From: Candidatus Heimdallarchaeota archaeon
Lineage (GTDB): Archaea; Asgardarchaeota; Heimdallarchaeia; Heimdallarchaeales; Heimdallarchaeaceae
Reading direction: 5' to 3'
Length of the DNA: 52,317 nt
Assembly: GCA_019057375.1 (NCBI GenBank)
Contig: DXJF01000057.1
Location: forward strand, 1-52,317
The notes under the pieces were generated by a model. That model saw nothing but the letters and a program-made list of their open reading frames with translations, ran no database searches and was not told where the DNA came from. The position numbers and the translations under genes are program-made. This document shows, one piece after another, positions 47,874-52,317 of this stretch (positions within the stretch are counted from its first letter, which is position 1; every line of letters starts with the position of its first letter).

Positions 47874-48680
47874 ATGAAAAGATATAATCCAGATGATCGA
47901 ATTCAAACATATGCTCCTATGCATGAATTTCTGAATCTTCTAAGTAATGAAATCGAAGAAGAAATCGAATCTGGTAAGTATGAATCAATTGTTATTGATT
48001 CCCCTACATCTCGAAATCAGAGAAATATTAAGAAAAAGCTTCCTGATCCAATAGAGAGACTGTTAATTCTTACAATTACTGCTAAATACATGACAGACAA
48101 TAAGAAAACAGATGAAAGAAACATACTTTTTACTCTAGCTAGATTACCTCAATTTCTGTTTCCTAATTTCAATAAAGAAAATGTCTCTCAGTATTCACAA
48201 GCAGAATTGGAAGAAGTACTAAGTTTTGTTAATAATTTTACAGCAAATTTACCTCAATATTCACCAAGGTTTGATAATAAAATAACAATAATACTAAAAA
48301 TCGAGTTTTATATCAATGCTTATCTTTATTTTGCTAAATCAATGTTAGAAAAAAGATTTCCTTTTGGAGGAGACTATTATGATTTTGTTAGCTTCCTTAT
48401 TCATGAATATTATACAATCTTAAAACCTCAAATAAAAGAAAATAAGAAGGAAGTACAGCAAATTATGAGCATAATGGGAAATTTCCTTGATTATACAACA
48501 GTAGTATATTTTTTTGAAAATTTTCCAGAACAAGTCAGTAAAGTGTTTTTCTTTCTAAACAATTTGAAAAATCTTGATTTCTCACCTGAGGAACTAAATC
48601 TTATTTCAGAGCTTGTTGAAGGATCAATTCTTGTAAACAAAGAGAAAAAAGCTATTTTTATTGAAAAGATAAAGAAGTAA
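47874..48680 (+). CDS. Hypothetical alpha-helical protein
   Basis: 268-aa ORF 10 bp downstream of the TPR gene. Confidence 0.6.
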   Translation: MKRYNPDDRIQTYAPMHEFLNLLSNEIEEEIESGKYESIVIDSPTSRNQRNIKKKLPDPIERLLILTITAKYMTDNKKTDERNILFTLARLPQFLFPNFNKENVSQYSQAELEEVLSFVNNFTANLPQYSPRFDNKITIILKIEFYINAYLYFAKSMLEKRFPFGGDYYDFVSFLIHEYYTILKPQIKENKKEVQQIMSIMGNFLDYTTVVYFFENFPEQVSKVFFFLNNLKNLDFSPEELNLISELVEGSILVNKEKKAIFIEKIKK

Positions 48681-48733
48681 CTACAATTTTTTAGAGGAGA
48701 ACTATTAAAAATACTAACGAATATGTATATTTG

Positions 48734-49054
48734 ATGGAAGACGATTTGATTCAAGTACAAACCACAGTACTTACTGAGAAGGAAGCTAGAACTATAGCTC
48801 ATGTCATGAATGAAGAAAAATTATCTGTTTGCGTGCAATTTTACCCCATAGTAAGTATATGTACTTGGAAAGGAAAGTCAGAAGAATCAAAAGAATTTAT
48901 GATAATTATTAAATCAACTCAAAATAAATTTGAGAAAATCAAGAAGAGACTAGAAGAGATACATTCCTATGAGCTTCCTCAAATAATTTCGATAAAAAAT
49001 GATAATTATTCAAAAGAATATTCTGATTGGATTGTTAGAGAGACTAGGGAGTAG
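48734..49054 (+). CDS. cutA: CutA divalent-cation tolerance protein
   Basis: CVQ..PI.S...WKG....KE...IKS and IHSYELPQII motifs. Confidence 0.9.
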   Translation: MEDDLIQVQTTVLTEKEARTIAHVMNEEKLSVCVQFYPIVSICTWKGKSEESKEFMIIIKSTQNKFEKIKKRLEEIHSYELPQIISIKNDNYSKEYSDWIVRETRE

Positions 49055-49069
49055 ACCATTTCATTTTTG

Positions 49070-50308
49070 CTAGAAAAGAATAACGAAAAATAGAACCAAA
49101 ATTGTAGTTGTTATCAAATCTGCACTAGAGCTTAAAAGAGGGTTAACTAGATTATCTGGATCCATACCTAATCGAAAAGTAATGAATGTAGCAGATAAAG
49201 CAATAAGACCTACTAAGAGAAATGATAGAAAATTGGTTAGAAGTAATAATCCTAGTATTGAACCATACAATCCTATAGTCATTCCTTTGGGAAACATTGC
49301 CGTTCCTAGAAGACTCATTATAGTTACTACAATAAAAGCAGCTGTTATTATTCCAAAGAAATTAATTGATAAGTCTTTATCCTTAAGTGATTTAAAAGAT
49401 GCCGTCATAGTTCCCAAATGTAGTTTGGTTGTACTAGTATTAGCTAAAATTGAGCTTTGGCTACCCACAGTACTGATAATTGCAGGATAGAAGACAATAA
49501 GTACTGGAATAGAGTTTAATATATCTGGAAAGGAAGCGAGAACTGAACCAGTACCAGCAGCAATTAAACCTGTAATTGTAAGCACAGGTAAGGTTTGCAC
49601 AATTCCTTTTCTAATATAGTTTTCTTTTCTAAATTTTATTATCAAAAACACAAATAAAGTTGTAACAAAAATAACCGTTGGGATACCGAGATAATAATGA
49701 AGTTTTACTGCAGGATTCCAAGGTCTATACAACCAACAAACAGCTGCAAAAATAAGTGTTATGAGTATATCATTTATAGATGAAGTTATTGGGTAAGCAA
49801 ATACATCAGGATCACCATTTTTTTTATAGATAAAAAAGGTTAGAACGAAGGTTATAGACAATGATATAATAGCAGTAAGAGTAAATGTTGTAAGAGCTAT
49901 AGCAAAAATTTTCAAAACATCTACCAGTAATATATTCAATTTTAAAAGAAATCCAAGTATAGATGTTACGATGCTAATCAGAATAGAGTCATATATTGTT
50001 AAGATTAGAATTAGCATTATAAGATGTACGAATCTATTTGTATTATTTCTCCAAGTTGGTTTTAAAGTTCCTAGGTGTAATGCAGTACCAAGTTTTCCTG
50101 TTAGAACACCGTTGATATCTCCTCTTACTGTTAATAGTAATGGATAAATGAGGAAAATCCATGGAATATAACTAGAAAGAGATTGTAAAAAAGTTGCAGC
50201 ACTTCCAGCTGCTAATCCTCCGAGGTTAAAAATCAATCCTCCCACTACTGATAGAGTAAAACCAGCAAAAATTGAGAAGGAAGATTTGCTCTTTAACATA
50301 CTGACCAA
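49070..50308 (-). CDS. MgtE-type integral membrane domain protein (two repeats, no CBS domains)
   Basis: RGDING...LGTALHLG, DPD.FAYPI..SIND, and DPDNLVNPL.SSSAD motifs. Confidence 0.82.
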   Translation of the reverse strand: MVSMLKSKSSFSIFAGFTLSVVGGLIFNLGGLAAGSAATFLQSLSSYIPWIFLIYPLLLTVRGDINGVLTGKLGTALHLGTLKPTWRNNTNRFVHLIMLILILTIYDSILISIVTSILGFLLKLNILLVDVLKIFAIALTTFTLTAIISLSITFVLTFFIYKKNGDPDVFAYPITSSINDILITLIFAAVCWLYRPWNPAVKLHYYLGIPTVIFVTTLFVFLIIKFRKENYIRKGIVQTLPVLTITGLIAAGTGSVLASFPDILNSIPVLIVFYPAIISTVGSQSSILANTSTTKLHLGTMTASFKSLKDKDLSINFFGIITAAFIVVTIMSLLGTAMFPKGMTIGLYGSILGLLLLTNFLSFLLVGLIALSATFITFRLGMDPDNLVNPLLSSSADLITTTILVLFFVILF

Positions 50309-50364
50309 AGAAGTGTCGAAACTTAATAAAGATAATGTTCATATTTCAGTATAACAGAATCAAA

Positions 50365-50736
50365 TCATACTTGTCTGATTCCCAATCTCTCAACTATTTC
50401 TAATCTTCGTTTTGCAAGTGCAAAAAAACCATCTGCTATTTGCTTTGTTTTTTCTAACTTGGGATCTAATTCAAACATTTGTTTATAATGTTTAGAAACA
50501 GGATTAGTAGAATCTGCCATCTTCTTTCCTAATTCTTTTGCCTCTGTAAATTTATCAGACATCATTAGATATGAGAATTGTAAATTGGGATTTATGTCAA
50601 TATCATTTTTTGGGATTAAGTCTAAATTCATCATTAATATCCAGGATAGAGTATCAAATAACTCAGGGGCTATTTTATCACAAAGTTTTTTCAAATCTAC
50701 ATATCTTTCTTCTCGAACAGCACTCATTGCAATCAC
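50365..50736 (-). CDS. Hypothetical protein
   Basis: 123-aa ORF, co-oriented with its neighbours. Confidence 0.55.
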   Translation of the reverse strand: MIAMSAVREERYVDLKKLCDKIAPELFDTLSWILMMNLDLIPKNDIDINPNLQFSYLMMSDKFTEAKELGKKMADSTNPVSKHYKQMFELDPKLEKTKQIADGFFALAKRRLEIVERLGIRQV

Positions 50737-50813
50737 TTAGTTATCTAACTAAAATTAGGTGAGCTATTTATATATTTTTACCTTAATTTGTAAAAATAAA
50801 GAACAATATAGAA

Positions 50814-51761
50814 TTAATCCTGTTTTATGGCTAATACACATACAATTTCACGTAAGAAGATTAATTTTACATTTTCTTCTCCAAAAACTGAGACTACTTT
50901 TGCCTTTAGTTTATCAGGTAGAAATTGAATTAATTCTCCTGATCCTTTCTCAGGTATGAAGATTTGAAATCCATGAGTAAGTTTTTTTAATGACTCCCAG
51001 AGATAACTCTCAAATTCTATCAATTCAAAGAATGCAACTTTTCCTCCAGGTTTGAGTATTCTGAAAACTTCTGTTATATAATTCTCTGAATCATTTTTTT
51101 CTAGAAATCCTAAAGCTAATACTGACATCACTCTATCTAACAAATCATTCTTCAATGGAATATCATCAGGATTTGACCTAATATTCTGATAATAGGGTAC
51201 AACTAAGTCCTTAGCAAATGGCAAAAGAATATTAAAACGGCTTTGAGTATCTTCATCAGTTGATTGAACACAATGATTACACATCTCAGGTACAAGAAAT
51301 TCAGGATTATTGGGACTAACTACTGCAAAATTCATCTCACGAAGACATCCCATAGTTTTTACACATACTACATTCAATACTTCTATTAGTTGACTGGTCA
51401 TGCCTTCAAATATGGAACTGATCCCCCAAAATAGAGCTCTTTTAAGTTCAATTTGCCCCCTTTCTGTTATCTCTAGGAAAGTTTTGTAACCTTGTCCTGG
51501 AATAGAATTTGTTTCTATCATTTCAATTTTTTCTAGTTTATCAAAGATAGCATAGAAAGAGCTTTCTGGCTTATTTGCTATACTCTTATGTTTATCCCTA
51601 AGAACTGTGATCATTTCTCCCTTGTAAACTGGTTCTAAAGATTTTTCTAGTATTTTGAGTATCTCTAGCTCTATCCAATTAACAGTAAAGACGGTCAGAA
51701 TTCTTTTATCTGAAGCATCCACATCTACTGACAAGAAATTATTTTCTTCATCCTTGACCAT
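50814..51761 (-). CDS. PadR-like winged-helix regulator fused to a degenerate SAM-methyltransferase domain
   Basis: IELEILKIL...SFYAIFDKLEKIEMIE...LEITERGQ.EL wHTH; C-terminal PLKNDLLDRV...EVFRILKPGGKVAFFE. Confidence 0.7.
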   Translation of the reverse strand: MVKDEENNFLSVDVDASDKRILTVFTVNWIELEILKILEKSLEPVYKGEMITVLRDKHKSIANKPESSFYAIFDKLEKIEMIETNSIPGQGYKTFLEITERGQIELKRALFWGISSIFEGMTSQLIEVLNVVCVKTMGCLREMNFAVVSPNNPEFLVPEMCNHCVQSTDEDTQSRFNILLPFAKDLVVPYYQNIRSNPDDIPLKNDLLDRVMSVLALGFLEKNDSENYITEVFRILKPGGKVAFFELIEFESYLWESLKKLTHGFQIFIPEKGSGELIQFLPDKLKAKVVSVFGEENVKLIFLREIVCVLAIKQD

Positions 51762-51878
51762 TATTACACCATTTATGTTTTTGAAGGAGTTTGTTATAAA
51801 TCTTCTTTTGTGTATTGAACTAAATCAAATCATCAAATTCTAATTAAAGAAAAACGGAGAAAAAGTAAAGACAAATTA

Positions 51879-52317
51879 TTATGCCTTTGCTCTTTTCTTA
51901 CGAATAATTACTAAAGCTCCAATTGATAATAGACCGAAGAAAACCCAAGCGAATTGAATTGGAGATTCAACGATATATCCTGAGAAAGTTAATTCTATCT
52001 CACTGTCAATTTCGTTTCCAGTTTCTACACTGATAAAATGTTCATAATATCTCTTAGTGACACCATCTAGAGGGTCAATCTCAAATTCAACAAATAAGGA
52101 ATAGGGAGCATCTTCTACTGTAAAATTCACATAGAACCAAGTTCCAGTTCCTTCTGTTACATTGAATAGAGTAGGATTATCTTCAAATTCATCTCTAATG
52201 TAGACTGTATCAGTAGCATTTATTCTATGAGTATGCCAGAAGAGAGGGAATCCTTCTCCAGTGTATTTGTTACCATCAACTTTGACACTAGCATATATTT
52301 TTTCTAATTCTTCTTCA
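51879..52317 (-). CDS. C-terminal part of a TM-anchored surface protein; begins beyond the right edge
   Basis: The frame stays open from 52316 (EEELEKIYASVKVDGNKYTGEGFPLFWHTH...) to FAWVFFGLLSIGALVIIRKKRAKA. Confidence 0.7.
   Translation of the reverse strand, partial: EEELEKIYASVKVDGNKYTGEGFPLFWHTHRINATDTVYIRDEFEDNPTLFNVTEGTGTWFYVNFTVEDAPYSLFVEFEIDPLDGVTKRYYEHFISVETGNEIDSEIELTFSGYIVESPIQFAWVFFGLLSIGALVIIRKKRAKA

Noticed and set aside
129-52130. Many short alternative-frame or antisense ORFs in the track (e.g. 936-1175, 5430-5663, 10895-11248, 27425-27685, 36421-36735, 49182-49490)
   Set aside because: They lie wholly within well-supported genes and have no motifs; they are shadow ORFs.
1-52317. 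tRNA/rRNA genes, IS elements, integrases or prophage
   Set aside because: The intergenic gaps are short and AT-rich with no cloverleaf-like GC stems, and no ORF shows transposase, recombinase or viral motifs. A covariance-model search would be needed to exclude small ncRNAs.

Overview
AT-rich archaeal genomic DNA, densely coding and most likely from an Asgard archaeon. This placement is inferred from a two-domain gelsolin, PCI-like and zinc-ribbon membrane proteins, TATA-type promoters and C-terminally anchored surface proteins. The first ~14 kb is an energy-metabolism island. A sulfhydrogenase-like beta/gamma operon runs off the left edge. Divergent from it is an operon encoding a group 3c-type [NiFe]-hydrogenase (MvhG, MvhA, MvhD), an FlxC-FlxB-FlxA-like module, two tandem HdrA paralogues (the second with a GltD-like flavin/NAD(P)H insert), a hydrogenase maturation protease and a second MvhD. 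No HdrB or HdrC lies in the window. The rest holds: a radical SAM/SPASM enzyme; a TrmB regulator with a PH/GRAM-like tail and a visible twin-operator divergent promoter; a Pro/Ala-rich membrane protein; two phosphatases; a MacB/FtsX-type ABC system; gelsolin; a kinase-like/NTP-transferase/PAP2 module; and peptide and amino-acid catabolism genes (IlvE, glutamate dehydrogenase, TldD/PmbA, PepF, a family-5 binding protein). ZIP, MgtE and CutA metal-related genes and several hypotheticals are also present. I found no rRNA, tRNA, CRISPR array, transposase or integrase. All product calls come from motif recognition by eye; no database search was run.
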